Source: Edaphobacter aggregans
GTDB lineage: Bacteria; Acidobacteriota; Terriglobia; Terriglobales; Acidobacteriaceae
Assembly: GCF_003945235.1 (NCBI RefSeq)
Contig: NZ_RSDW01000001.1
Coordinates: 4,200,001 to 4,232,000, forward strand
Direction: 5' to 3'
DNA length: 32,000 nt
Below are positions 7,665 to 16,198 of this stretch, in pieces. Position numbers and translations under genes: made by a program. Every line of letters starts with the position of its first letter. Within the stretch, counting starts at the first letter, position 1. A model generated the notes under the pieces. That model was not told the DNA's origin, did not search any database, and was given only the letters and a program-made list of their open reading frames with translations.

Positions 7665-9674
7665 ATGGCAACCGCCTGTTTAGAGCAGGGTACGGTCGTT
7701 CATATCGAAGGGAGCGAATACCGCTTCTCGCGAAAGATCGACGACTGCTGGCAATTAGAGCAGTCAAAGACCGGGCGAATCGTTGAGTATGAGCAGCAGG
7801 ATCTGTTGCGCATGCTTGCGGAGCGAAAGTTGACCTTCCGTGGGAGTGTGCCAGTAAGCAGATGCGGACCCGCCAACTGCGACTTGTCTCCGGCAGATCT
7901 CGAATTGGCGAAGCTGCGGCGCAGTTACGTCATGGCCGTCCTTAACACGCCAAATTCCCGGAAGCGACTTGAGGAGGCTATTCACGATGCCTGGAAGAGG
8001 GTCAGAGCACCACAACGAGCTCCCGGTTGGATCACCGTTTACCGCTGGAAATGCAGATTCCTCAGAGCGAGTGGCGACGTTCGCGCTCTGGTTGACGACA
8101 CTCGTAGCAAAGGCAACAAGCAAGGCCGTTACCCAGCATCGGTTATAGAGCGCTGCGAGCAGTCCATATCGAACAAGTATCTTAACAGAACACGCAACAG
8201 CATCCAGCAGACACTTGAAGACGCACTATACCGGGTGAAGAAGGAGAATGAGCTGCGTCCTGCCTGCGATGCGTTGCCGGTGCCAACGCGGCGCCTGATC
8301 ACCCGGATGATTGCGAATATTCCCGCGTTTGACAAGCATTCTGCACGCTACGGACATGATTCCGCAGTCAAAGAATTCCGCGGTGTCAAGGGTCAAACCG
8401 TTGCCCAAGCGCCCCTTGAGCGGGCGGAAATAGATCACACACTGCTCGACCTCATGGTGGTAGACGACCGGACTGGTCTACCGCTGGGAAGGCCATCTGT
8501 CACGGCCTGCATCGACTGCTACACGAGGTGCATCCTGGGTATATACATCGGGTTTAATCCGCCGAGCTATCAATCCGTCGCAGCGTGTCTGAAAGACTGC
8601 TTTCTGCCGAAGGTCAATCTCAAGCGAGACTACCCCGGCATCGTGAACGAATGGCCGGCTTACGGAGTAATGCACAACCTCGTCGTGGACGGCGGTCTTG
8701 AGTTCTACTCCGCGAGTCTCGAACAAGTGTGCCTCTCACTGAACATAAACTGGATCGCTGCTCCCCGTCGCACCGCGTGGTTCAAGGGGAAGATCGAACG
8801 CTTTCTAGGAACGATGAATCGGGCCGTTGCCCATGGAGTTCCGGGTACCACGTTCAGTAACATCTTTGAGAAGGGTGACTACAATCCGGCGAAGCATGCG
8901 GTGATAACCCTCTCGACATTGCGAAAAGTTGTCCGAACGTGGATTGCCGACGTCTACCATCAGCAGGTCCACCGGTCTCTTCAGACGACGCCATCAAAGA
9001 TGTGGACATCGAGCATTAGACCGGAAGACATCCGTCTTCCAGACGAGACGACACAGCTGGATGTCGTTATGGGCCGTGTAGAGTCACGGTCCCTGACACA
9101 CAAGGGGGTCGAGTTTGAAGGCCTGTTCTACAACTCACCTGAACTAACAGAACTGCGCCGTAAAGAGGGAGCAAATCTCAAAGTTGAGATCCGCGTCAAT
9201 GAAAGTGACATCGGCTCGATCTATGTGCTGTCACCAAAGACCTCTAAAGCCTACTCCGTCCCAGCGTCGGACCCTGACTATGCGGGAGGAATCAGCCTAT
9301 GGCAGCACAAAGTCATTAAGAACTACCAAAGACAGCACTCCGATACGGATCATGGCGTAGACGGCTGGCTGCAGGCAAAGAATGAGGTCTCACATCTGAT
9401 CGACGAGAGTCTCAAACTCAAACGCGCCAGGACGCACAAACGTATTGCTCGCTACCGTGAGACCCCCGAGCAGAAGCCGCCGAAAACTCAGATGATTGAA
9501 GCTACCAAACTTCGAACACCTGCTCCGATCAGCGCGACTACAGGAAGTCAGATGGTGGATCGCGGGTTTAGGGATAGCGTTCAGGATCAGGCTGGTATAC
9601 CGCAGCAGGAATCGGCAGTACCCATCATTCGCCCACGATTCAAGGCGGAAATTAGGGAGATCCATGAAGACTAA
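7665..9674 (+). CDS. tnsB: TnsB-like DDE transposase (Mu/Tn7 rve family)
   Basis: DDE triad context: AEIDHTLLDLMVVDD .. HNLVVDGGLEFYS .. WFKGKIERFLGTMN. The ATG at 7665 (MATACLEQG..) directly follows the tnsA stop. The track start at 7638 overlaps tnsA and is less likely. Confidence 0.9.
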   Translation: MATACLEQGTVVHIEGSEYRFSRKIDDCWQLEQSKTGRIVEYEQQDLLRMLAERKLTFRGSVPVSRCGPANCDLSPADLELAKLRRSYVMAVLNTPNSRKRLEEAIHDAWKRVRAPQRAPGWITVYRWKCRFLRASGDVRALVDDTRSKGNKQGRYPASVIERCEQSISNKYLNRTRNSIQQTLEDALYRVKKENELRPACDALPVPTRRLITRMIANIPAFDKHSARYGHDSAVKEFRGVKGQTVAQAPLERAEIDHTLLDLMVVDDRTGLPLGRPSVTACIDCYTRCILGIYIGFNPPSYQSVAACLKDCFLPKVNLKRDYPGIVNEWPAYGVMHNLVVDGGLEFYSASLEQVCLSLNINWIAAPRRTAWFKGKIERFLGTMNRAVAHGVPGTTFSNIFEKGDYNPAKHAVITLSTLRKVVRTWIADVYHQQVHRSLQTTPSKMWTSSIRPEDIRLPDETTQLDVVMGRVESRSLTHKGVEFEGLFYNSPELTELRRKEGANLKVEIRVNESDIGSIYVLSPKTSKAYSVPASDPDYAGGISLWQHKVIKNYQRQHSDTDHGVDGWLQAKNEVSHLIDESLKLKRARTHKRIARYRETPEQKPPKTQMIEATKLRTPAPISATTGSQMVDRGFRDSVQDQAGIPQQESAVPIIRPRFKAEIREIHED

Positions 9675-10683
9675 TAACTCTGCCAGCATCGTCGAACGGA
9701 TGGTGATTCCGCATACTGCCTTTGCTGAAGCCCGTCAGAGAATCGAACAGTGCTTTGCATTTTCTGCGGCGAAGGCCGAGGGCGAGGGTCTGCTTATCGT
9801 TGGCGAATCTGGTACGGGCAAGACCAGCGTACTGAAGAGCTTCCAATTGAATCACATGCCGACGCGTGGTTGCGACGGGATGGAGATCCCGATCCTCTAC
9901 GCCTCAGTTCCTCCGATGCCAACGGTCAAGAGTCTTGCCGGCGTTATGTTAGCTGCTCTCAATGCCCCTGATTCCGAGCGAGGCACCGAGAACGAGAAGT
10001 CGCGGCGCTTGAGGATCCTGATGAAGGAGACGGGAACACGCATGGTGATGATCGATGAATTTCAACATTTCTACGATCGAGGGAAGCGGCAGATCATGCT
10101 TCACGTCGCTGATTGGCTCAAAGTCCTGATCGACGAGACGCGTTCGACGCTTGTCGTAGCAGGGCTCCCGTCCTGCCGAGTAGTCATCAATGAGAACGAG
10201 CAACTTGCCAGGCGCTTTATGGCCTCGATTCAACTTCCAAGGTTTTCGTGGACCGATTCCAGACAGCGCGGAGAGTTCATATCGATCCTTGAGGAGTACC
10301 ACAATCAAATCGCTAAGGACTTCAGTTTGCCCAAACTTTACTCGGAAGAGCTGGCCTTTCGCTTCTTCCTGGCCACTGGAGGGCTGATGGGATACTTGTC
10401 CAAACTACTGCGGACAACTCTGCGCGATGCGGCTGATCGAAAGAGGGCTTCCATTACCCTCGAAGACTTGAATATTGCCCATGCACGCGCAATGTGGTTC
10501 GACGCGACCGTTCAGGAACAGCTCAGACCATTTGAAAAGGGCTTCCGGCCGGAAGTTACCGTAGACGCGCTGAATCGCGCCACAAGGATCGGAACGGTCG
10601 CCGATCTTCCAGAGAAACCGACGCGGCCGCGAAGTGGAATGCGAAAAGCTGAATCGATCAACGCAGCGCTGGTGGCTGCGTGA
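9664..10683 (+). CDS. tnsC: TnsC/TniB-like AAA+ transposition regulator
   Basis: Walker A: LLIVGESGTGKTSVLKSF. Walker B: RMVMIDEFQHFYD. The ATG at 9664 (MKTNNSASIVE..) overlaps the tnsB stop by 11 nt. The track ORF start at 9496 lies inside tnsB. Confidence 0.85.
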   Translation: MKTNNSASIVERMVIPHTAFAEARQRIEQCFAFSAAKAEGEGLLIVGESGTGKTSVLKSFQLNHMPTRGCDGMEIPILYASVPPMPTVKSLAGVMLAALNAPDSERGTENEKSRRLRILMKETGTRMVMIDEFQHFYDRGKRQIMLHVADWLKVLIDETRSTLVVAGLPSCRVVINENEQLARRFMASIQLPRFSWTDSRQRGEFISILEEYHNQIAKDFSLPKLYSEELAFRFFLATGGLMGYLSKLLRTTLRDAADRKRASITLEDLNIAHARAMWFDATVQEQLRPFEKGFRPEVTVDALNRATRIGTVADLPEKPTRPRSGMRKAESINAALVAA

Positions 10684-11564
10684 GTATGCCGCTCCTTGTT
10701 CGCCATCCTGCTCCAAATCCTACGGAAAGCCTTCTGGGATATGTGCTCCGTGTCAGTGAGGGCAACGGCTACAGTTCGCCATGGAGCATCTACTGTCTGG
10801 CAGGCATGAAGTCAAACGAGAGAAGAGCATCGAGAGTTGAATTAGAGAAGCTGGCCAGGATAACCAATTGGCCTCAAGAGAGGCTGGACGCGATTGCGTA
10901 TTCAGCACCCCCTGATCAGCCGCGGTGGTCTCGACTGTTGGGGCATCCTGTTCCGCCCCAGGACCTCAATCTGACCCACCCGAGATTCTGCCCTCAATGT
11001 GTCCGAGGGAGGGGTTTCCTTGAGGCGCACTGGGATCTTACGCTTATGGTCGCCTGTCCTGTCCACCGATGCTTGCTGGCCTCGTCTTGCTCAAAATGCG
11101 GTTGTCGCCTGCGCTGGTTCAGACGAGGCTTGCTCGAATGCGAGTGTGGCGGCGACCTGTCAAATTCCGATCCGTCTTCGATCTCGGAGGCTGAAGCGAA
11201 TCTGCTCGACATAATTCGAAGGAAGGCGTTGTCCTGCCCATCAGATGAGAGTAATCCGAGCGGTCTGCCGCAGGAACAAATGATCGCTATGAGCCTGCGG
11301 TCCATGCTCCTGGCCATCCGAACGATAGGGAAGCATCGCATCATAGCCGATGGAACGAGTGGCAAGAGTAAAGAGAAGGAGATCATCTCGGCTGCTTCAA
11401 GAGTTCTTGTGCAGTGGCCAACGAATTTCATTGCGTTGATGGAAGACCTCGGTCGACAACTTCCATCCGACATCAGTGGTGGCGTCGGTAAACAGTTTGG
11501 TGGCATCTATCGAGCCTTGTTCCGAAGCAAGGCAATGGGAATCCAAAGCATACTGAGTTCCTGA
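10680..11564 (+). CDS. tniQ: TniQ-domain target-selection protein, N-terminal part of an apparently frameshifted TnsD-like gene
   Basis: The N-terminus is typical of TniQ (LLVRHPAPNPTESLLGYVLRVSEGNGY). It has a Cys-rich zinc module: CPQCVRGRGFLEAHWDLTLMVACPVHRC..CSKCGCRLRW..CECG. The GTG start overlaps the tnsC stop (GTGA). The ORF ends abruptly at 11564, while the next ORF's frame is already open from 11492. Confidence 0.8.
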   Translation: MSMPLLVRHPAPNPTESLLGYVLRVSEGNGYSSPWSIYCLAGMKSNERRASRVELEKLARITNWPQERLDAIAYSAPPDQPRWSRLLGHPVPPQDLNLTHPRFCPQCVRGRGFLEAHWDLTLMVACPVHRCLLASSCSKCGCRLRWFRRGLLECECGGDLSNSDPSSISEAEANLLDIIRRKALSCPSDESNPSGLPQEQMIAMSLRSMLLAIRTIGKHRIIADGTSGKSKEKEIISAASRVLVQWPTNFIALMEDLGRQLPSDISGGVGKQFGGIYRALFRSKAMGIQSILSS

Positions 11565-11587
11565 GAGTTGCTTTTCTGGACTTTGCG

Positions 11588-12529
11588 ATGAATCACTGGG
11601 GTCGTGGTTTTGTGGATCACAAAATCATCCAGAAACTGGGCGGCACTGCCTCGAAACGATTTCTAACCCAGACAGAGTTTGCCGCCAGGATCGGTGTGCA
11701 GCAAAGCACCGCTGCTCGACTGCTCAGAAACTCAGGTCTTGCTTCGACGCGAGTGAAGTGTGGAGCAGCCAGCCGGGTTGTCGTAGACTGCGATCTGGTT
11801 TCGATCCCGAAAACTTGGCCAGGGAAGATATACAGAGATAGGGGGGCCGCGAAGCATCTTGGACTCTCCGTGTCTGTCCTGAAGGCTCTCAAAAAAGGGG
11901 GCATTTACGAAGTGAATCATCTTCTGCCGACGCGAACGGGCTTCCATGAACTGGACTTCAAAGCATTCACCAAAAAGCTGGTCGATTTGTCGCCAGATCG
12001 CAAGACCTCCTCTATTCGAGAACAGGAAACTGTAACCCTCCAGTCCGTTCTATGTGGGCGTCGGGATTCGTTGGAGATCAAACTGAACATCGTGCGAGCG
12101 TTGCTCTCGAGGAACATTCCCGTCCGCGGAAGTTCGGATGGAACGGTCGGCGGTCTGCTGATCGACGCCGATGCATATCATAAGGTTGTCGCGGATGTTC
12201 GTTCCAGTGGCACCGCCAATACAAAGAATGTCGGTGAGGCCGCGAGGATGTTGTCATGCAGTCGGGATGCAATCCCTGGGCTGGTAAAACTCAGCGCTTT
12301 ACAAGCGCGAGTAACGCCCGCCGGTCTGCGAATATCTGACGAGTCGATTGCGGCGTTCAGCGGCCAGTACATCTCGCTCTCCTCGCTTGCAGCTGTTGAG
12401 CAGACCAGCAGCAGAGCATTGACGCATCGCTGCCAGGACCGAGGCCTCCGGATTTTGCTGGTGCCGATGCCCAGACAGGGGCCACAGCCCTTCATTCATA
12501 AAATGAATCACGGGAAACTCCTGGAGTAA
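11588..12529 (+). CDS. TnsD-like C-terminal region (multiple helix-turn-helix-like segments), probably the 3' part of the split target-selector gene
   Basis: HTH-like segments: LTQTEFAARIGVQQSTAARLL, RGAAKHLGLSVSVLKALKKGG, VGEAARMLSCSRDAIPGLV. The frame is open upstream to 11492 and there reads ..NPKHTEFLRVAFLDFAMNHWGRGF. Confidence 0.6.
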   Translation: MNHWGRGFVDHKIIQKLGGTASKRFLTQTEFAARIGVQQSTAARLLRNSGLASTRVKCGAASRVVVDCDLVSIPKTWPGKIYRDRGAAKHLGLSVSVLKALKKGGIYEVNHLLPTRTGFHELDFKAFTKKLVDLSPDRKTSSIREQETVTLQSVLCGRRDSLEIKLNIVRALLSRNIPVRGSSDGTVGGLLIDADAYHKVVADVRSSGTANTKNVGEAARMLSCSRDAIPGLVKLSALQARVTPAGLRISDESIAAFSGQYISLSSLAAVEQTSSRALTHRCQDRGLRILLVPMPRQGPQPFIHKMNHGKLLE

Positions 12530-12819
12530 GGCTAGGTGATCGTCTCATCAATTACAGTCGATTCTTCGTTCAACGTCATTTGTGGCCGCTCCTGGTTAAA
12601 TATGTTTATCCCCAATCTTCTGGGGGTCGCTGACGGGGAAGTTCTTATCTGATGCATATAGATTAATTGTGGCGCACATCTCTGCGGATACGCTCCGACA
12701 TGCGGAAGATTCTGGGGCTGGCGCATAGATCTCGCTATTGTGTCGGCAAGTTATCGATTCTGCCACTTACGTGCATATGATACTGCTACGGACTGTAATC
12801 TCTGTGAACAGCTTGTCTC

Positions 12820-12975
12820 TCATGACGGCCGACCCAGTCCAGATTCAGAGTTGCCATCAGAGTTCGCCTGGATCTTCTCGCCAACCCCATAATCCTCGCT
12901 GCCGCTGGCACCCGTACGTTGCGTTGGCGCGTCCCCAAGTTGAAGAAGCCCTTCATTGGACTCCAGCTCCGACAT
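12820..12975 (-). CDS. Candidate small ORF (51 aa, acidic, Gly/Ser-rich), not in the supplied track
   Basis: Hand translation of the minus strand: MSELESNEGLLQLGDAPTQRTGASGSEDYGVGEKIQANSDGNSESGLGRPS. It is preceded by a near-consensus Shine-Dalgarno (TGAAAAGGAGAACAG-ATG). No homology was recognised. Confidence 0.3.
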   Translation of the reverse strand: MSELESNEGLLQLGDAPTQRTGASGSEDYGVGEKIQANSDGNSESGLGRPS

Positions 12976-14176
12976 CTGTTCTCCTTTTCAAATTATGCAC
13001 TCCGCCCAAAGACTATTCGCCGATGAATAATTACGCCTTTTGATCGTGCGCGCCTGGAGAGGATCGACGGCCAACGGCACGGGATGATTCATGAAAATGG
13101 ATTTGCGACAGCGTTGCCGACGATCACCGAAGACTTGGAATACATGTCGAAGACCGCATGGTTCTTTATGGGCTTGGTAAACCAAAAATTTGGCCTAAGA
13201 CTCGATACGCGGCGGCTTATGGGTTTGCAGACAGCTAAGCCTCAAGAAGTGCCAACCGCGTTATCCTCCGATTTATCCCCAGGCACGACTCGACATCGTC
13301 TGTAGGTGTACTGGGGATTCCGTCAGAAAACCGACAATCGTCTAGAAGATTTCTCTTGCATATTCAACGTTTTCTGATAGCCTTGTCGAACTCTGCCGGT
13401 CGGTACACTGCACCACGCAACCTATTCTAGGCTCCGCAGAAGCCGATCCGATTTTGAACCTTGCTGAGAAATTCATAATTGGAGTGTGCATCCGTGTCCC
13501 GCCGCAATAGCCAAGCGTCGTCGAATTCATTAGAGCATCCGCGTATGCCAGTCGCCATAGGACGAGCGCTCCCACATGTGATCCGGGTTTGTCGTAGAGG
13601 CCGCAGACCAAGGCCAACTGTCCCAAACATCCTAAGACGGCGAGAGCATAACGCTAATTCTCGGTGCAAAACAATCGGATGATCAGGTAGTCGGCCACGC
13701 AGGAACGTATGAGGCACTTAAGGCCCAACAACGAGCTTTTTATACCCAAGCGAACGAGCCGTGCATGCTGATTTCATGATGCCTTCGTCGGCCAGGAAAA
13801 GAAATGCAGAGATCTTGCCAAAGTGCCTGGTCGTGAATTTGCTCACCGGTCTTCGTTTCCAACATGTCGCGCAGACTGGAGGATCGGCTGCCGTCAAAAC
13901 CGCCCGAATATGGTTGCACCGGTTCAGACTACTTGAAGGGATCGACGACAATAGCTTTATTGAGGCCTGGCTCTACGACAGCTTCGGCAATCCGACCCTC
14001 CACCAACTCCGATCCAAGAAATTGACGCCGGAAGGAGTTTTGACGAGGCGCCGGCTCGGATGTCAGATCGGACGGATTCAGTTTCACTGCCACACCCGGG
14101 CTCAATGTGCAGTTGTTCGCTGTTTTCGGGGTCTGGTCCGGAGGGATCCACCGGCGGCCCGCGTAGGAGGACATCG

Positions 14177-15547
14177 ATGCCGCACGAAGTGTGTCTTGTC
14201 GAACCAGCTGGCGTGACCCCGCAGTTAAGCTTGAGCCGAATGCTCAGGCCAGAGGATGGCTATCGTTGCAAGTGCGAATGCTGGACTTCTTTTTCCGCTG
14301 GACCAAACTTTCTCGGCGCTCAATTGCTGCTGGCCGTCGCAGTCCCGGAATGCTGGGCCGCGATCAGCTTTTTCCGCACTCAATCTTGCAATCAGGGTCG
14401 AACGCCGACCCTGGCCGTCGTCCCTAGCGAATCCAGCGAAGAACTGCTGCGTAGCGCTTCGGATGCGTCAGATGACTTTATGTTCTGGCCCATTCGCGAA
14501 CAGGAACTGCTGGAACGGGTGAAGCGCTTAATCGGCGCAGCCACGCGCGACAAAGACACGGTGCAGGGGGTGCTCACCGAAGAATTGGGACTTGAACAAG
14601 TGATCGGCTCGTCTCCGGCTTTTATTGAACTCCTCGCACAACTCACTCGGATGGGACCAAGCGAAGCCCCAGTGCTGATCACCGGAGAGACGGGCACGGG
14701 CAAGGAAGTATGCGCCCGTTCCATCCATCTGTTGAGCCGGCGGCGGCAACAACCTTTCATTCCGGTCGATTGCGGAGCGATACCTGAACATCTGGCAGAG
14801 AGCGAGCTTTTTGGCCATGCACGCGGCGCTTTTACTGATGCCCACCGCGACCATAAGGGGCTAGTCTCTCTGGCCGATGGAGGCACTCTTTTTTTGGACG
14901 AGATCGATGCACTTTCCTTGAACATGCAGGCCAAGTTCTTGCGTTTTATTCAGGAGAGCACTTATAGGCCGGTTGGCGGCGAGCAGTTTTGCCGAGCCAA
15001 TGTTCGGGTCATCGCGGCCACTAACCGTAGGCTTGAGCAGTCTGTTCTGGACAGGCAATTTCGAAACGATCTCTATTTTCGCCTGAATGTTTTGCGCTTA
15101 TCCGTTCCCCCTTTGCGAGAAAGGCGTGGAGATATAGCGCTGCTTGCAAGATATTTTCTTGAGAAGCTCGGGGGCTCAGGGGTGCCGGCACGCAAATGGT
15201 TATCGCCAGTAGCTTTAAGGAAGTTGGAGGACTACGACTGGCCCGGCAACGTTCGCGAAGTAAGTAACGTAATGCAGCGCGCCATCGTGCTCTCGCCTGG
15301 ATCTCAGATTCTTCCCTGTCACATCCTTCTTTCCACCGGCGATCCTCGCGGTATCGAGTGTACCCCGTCCCCGTCTAACTTCCGCTGCGCCAAGTCGAAG
15401 GCAATCGAAGCTTTCGAGCGGCAGTACGTCCTCGACCTTCTGCAGAAGCACGACGGCAACATCACTCGGGCAGCCCGAGATGCAGACAAGGATCGCCGCG
15501 CCTTCGGCCGATTAGCCCAGAAATATAAGTGGGACACCAGCCTCTAG
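14177..15547 (+). CDS. Sigma-54-dependent transcriptional activator (bEBP) with a degenerate receiver-like N-domain and Fis-type HTH
   Basis: AAA+ sigma-54 interaction domain: VLITGETGTGKEVCARSIH (Walker A), ESELFGHARGAFTDA (GAFTGA-type loop), GGTLFLDEIDAL (Walker B), RVIAATNRRL, DLYFRLNV, PPLRERRGDI, YDWPGNVREV. C-terminal HTH: HDGNITRAARDADKDRRAFGRLAQKYKW. The preferred start is the ATG at 14177, preceded by AGGAGGACATCG. The track start at 14060 adds a low-complexity leader. Confidence 0.9.
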   Translation: MPHEVCLVEPAGVTPQLSLSRMLRPEDGYRCKCECWTSFSAGPNFLGAQLLLAVAVPECWAAISFFRTQSCNQGRTPTLAVVPSESSEELLRSASDASDDFMFWPIREQELLERVKRLIGAATRDKDTVQGVLTEELGLEQVIGSSPAFIELLAQLTRMGPSEAPVLITGETGTGKEVCARSIHLLSRRRQQPFIPVDCGAIPEHLAESELFGHARGAFTDAHRDHKGLVSLADGGTLFLDEIDALSLNMQAKFLRFIQESTYRPVGGEQFCRANVRVIAATNRRLEQSVLDRQFRNDLYFRLNVLRLSVPPLRERRGDIALLARYFLEKLGGSGVPARKWLSPVALRKLEDYDWPGNVREVSNVMQRAIVLSPGSQILPCHILLSTGDPRGIECTPSPSNFRCAKSKAIEAFERQYVLDLLQKHDGNITRAARDADKDRRAFGRLAQKYKWDTSL

Positions 15548-15830
15548 CCAGGCAGGTTGCTGAAACTCCATTTTCAAAAGTCCAAATAATTTGTGCGGAA
15601 GGCGATTGCCTGGATATTCCACAGGCTTTGAGCAAGTGGGTCGATTTCATCCCATCTCTGGGTCGAATCGAGCCCACCCTCGCTTCCCCGTGTACAGATC
15701 GGGTTCGGACTGCCTTGGATGTGCGGGAAGAAAAGAGACCAGGGCTCTTTCTTACCCGGCTGCTGTTCGTACGTCGACGTGTTCCGGTGACTCTGCCTTA
15801 TTTTTCAGAGGTGCGAGACCAGTAGCGGTG

Positions 15831-15846
15831 TGGAGAAGCAATTGCT
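15831..15846 (+). promoter_or_regulatory. Candidate sigma-54 (-24/-12) promoter for the eCIS operon
   Basis: TGGAGAAGCAATTGCT has GG and GC in exactly the canonical TGGCAC-N5-TTGC register, with a good -12 TTGCT. It lies about 35 nt upstream of the SD (AAGGAGAGAG) and TTG start of the first operon gene, and about 280 bp downstream of the bEBP gene. Confidence 0.5.
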
Positions 15847-15881
15847 AGGCAGGGGGTACCGCGTGTGATTAAGGAGAGAGC

Positions 15882-16184
15882 TTGCCACGCAAGACTTCGA
15901 CTCCGACATCAGAGTTGGCAAGGGAGATATTGAGCTACTTCCTTCGAAACCCACAAGCTGCGGACAGCCTGGAGGGTGTGACGCGGTGGCGCTTACTGGA
16001 AGAGAGAGTGCACCGCCAGCTGGAGGACACTGACTTAGCTTTGGGGTGGTTGGTTAGCCATGGCTTCCTGGTGAAGATTTCTTCGCAGTGGACCGAAGCT
16101 GTTTATCGATTGAACGAGGGGAACCGCGGCGATGCAGAGGAATTCATAATCGAAAACGAGAAAGGTAAGCGCAAATCGCGCTGA
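15882..16184 (+). CDS. Small hypothetical protein (100 aa), winged-helix-like, first gene of the eCIS operon
   Basis: TTG start with a strong SD (AAGGAGAGAG). The pattern REILSYFLRNPQAADSLEGVTRW..LALGWLVSHGFLVKISSQWTEAVYRLNE resembles a winged helix-turn-helix. The tail is basic and acidic. Function unknown. Confidence 0.6.
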   Translation: MPRKTSTPTSELAREILSYFLRNPQAADSLEGVTRWRLLEERVHRQLEDTDLALGWLVSHGFLVKISSQWTEAVYRLNEGNRGDAEEFIIENEKGKRKSR

Positions 16185-16198
16185 AGCTGAATTGATTT

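Larger units (their letters stand above)
2682..12529 (+). mobile_element. Tn7-like transposon: right end, three accessory genes and tnsA-tnsB-tnsC-tniQ/tnsD core. The left end was not identified, so the true element may extend further right.
   Basis: Terminal repeat block plus four co-directional, overlapping or abutting transposition genes with TnsA, TnsB (DDE), TnsC (AAA+) and TniQ signatures. The geometry relative to the upstream conserved gene is the same as Tn7 relative to glmS. Confidence 0.7.

Noticed and set aside
9496-9663. Track start codons that extend genes into the preceding gene: tnsC from 9496, tnsB from 7638, the TM-tailed protein from 26943, the gp25-like gene from 28766, and the bEBP from 14060.
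   Set aside because: In each case an internal ATG sits directly at or just after the upstream stop, or behind a Shine-Dalgarno sequence. The conserved N-terminal family motif begins there, and the extensions are low-complexity.
13150-13233. Possible transposon left end: TCTTTATGGGC at ~13165 and GCTTATGGGTTTGCAGACA ending in ACA at 13233. These resemble the reverse complement of the right-end repeats (..CCTTATG..ACA).
   Set aside because: Only the TTATGGG core matches and the ACTTTC half is absent. The terminal 12 nt match the inverted right terminus at about half the positions. The following 5 bp (GCTAA) do not duplicate either candidate flank (AAGGG or CACCT).
13342-14174. Minus-strand ORF fragments (13929..14174, 13718..13951, 13427..13717, 13342..13626), considered as a decayed tyrosine recombinase. 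For example, NSFRRQFLGSELVEG vaguely resembles HxLRHxFAxxLxxxG.
   Set aside because: The resemblance is limited to a few spaced residues, and the catalytic His and Tyr contexts are not recognisable. It cannot be supported without a homology search.
12530-14176. CRISPR array or cas genes downstream of tniQ, as in CRISPR-associated Tn7-like transposons.
   Set aside because: Reading the interval shows no regularly spaced 28-37-bp direct repeats. No cas-like ORF occurs anywhere in the window.
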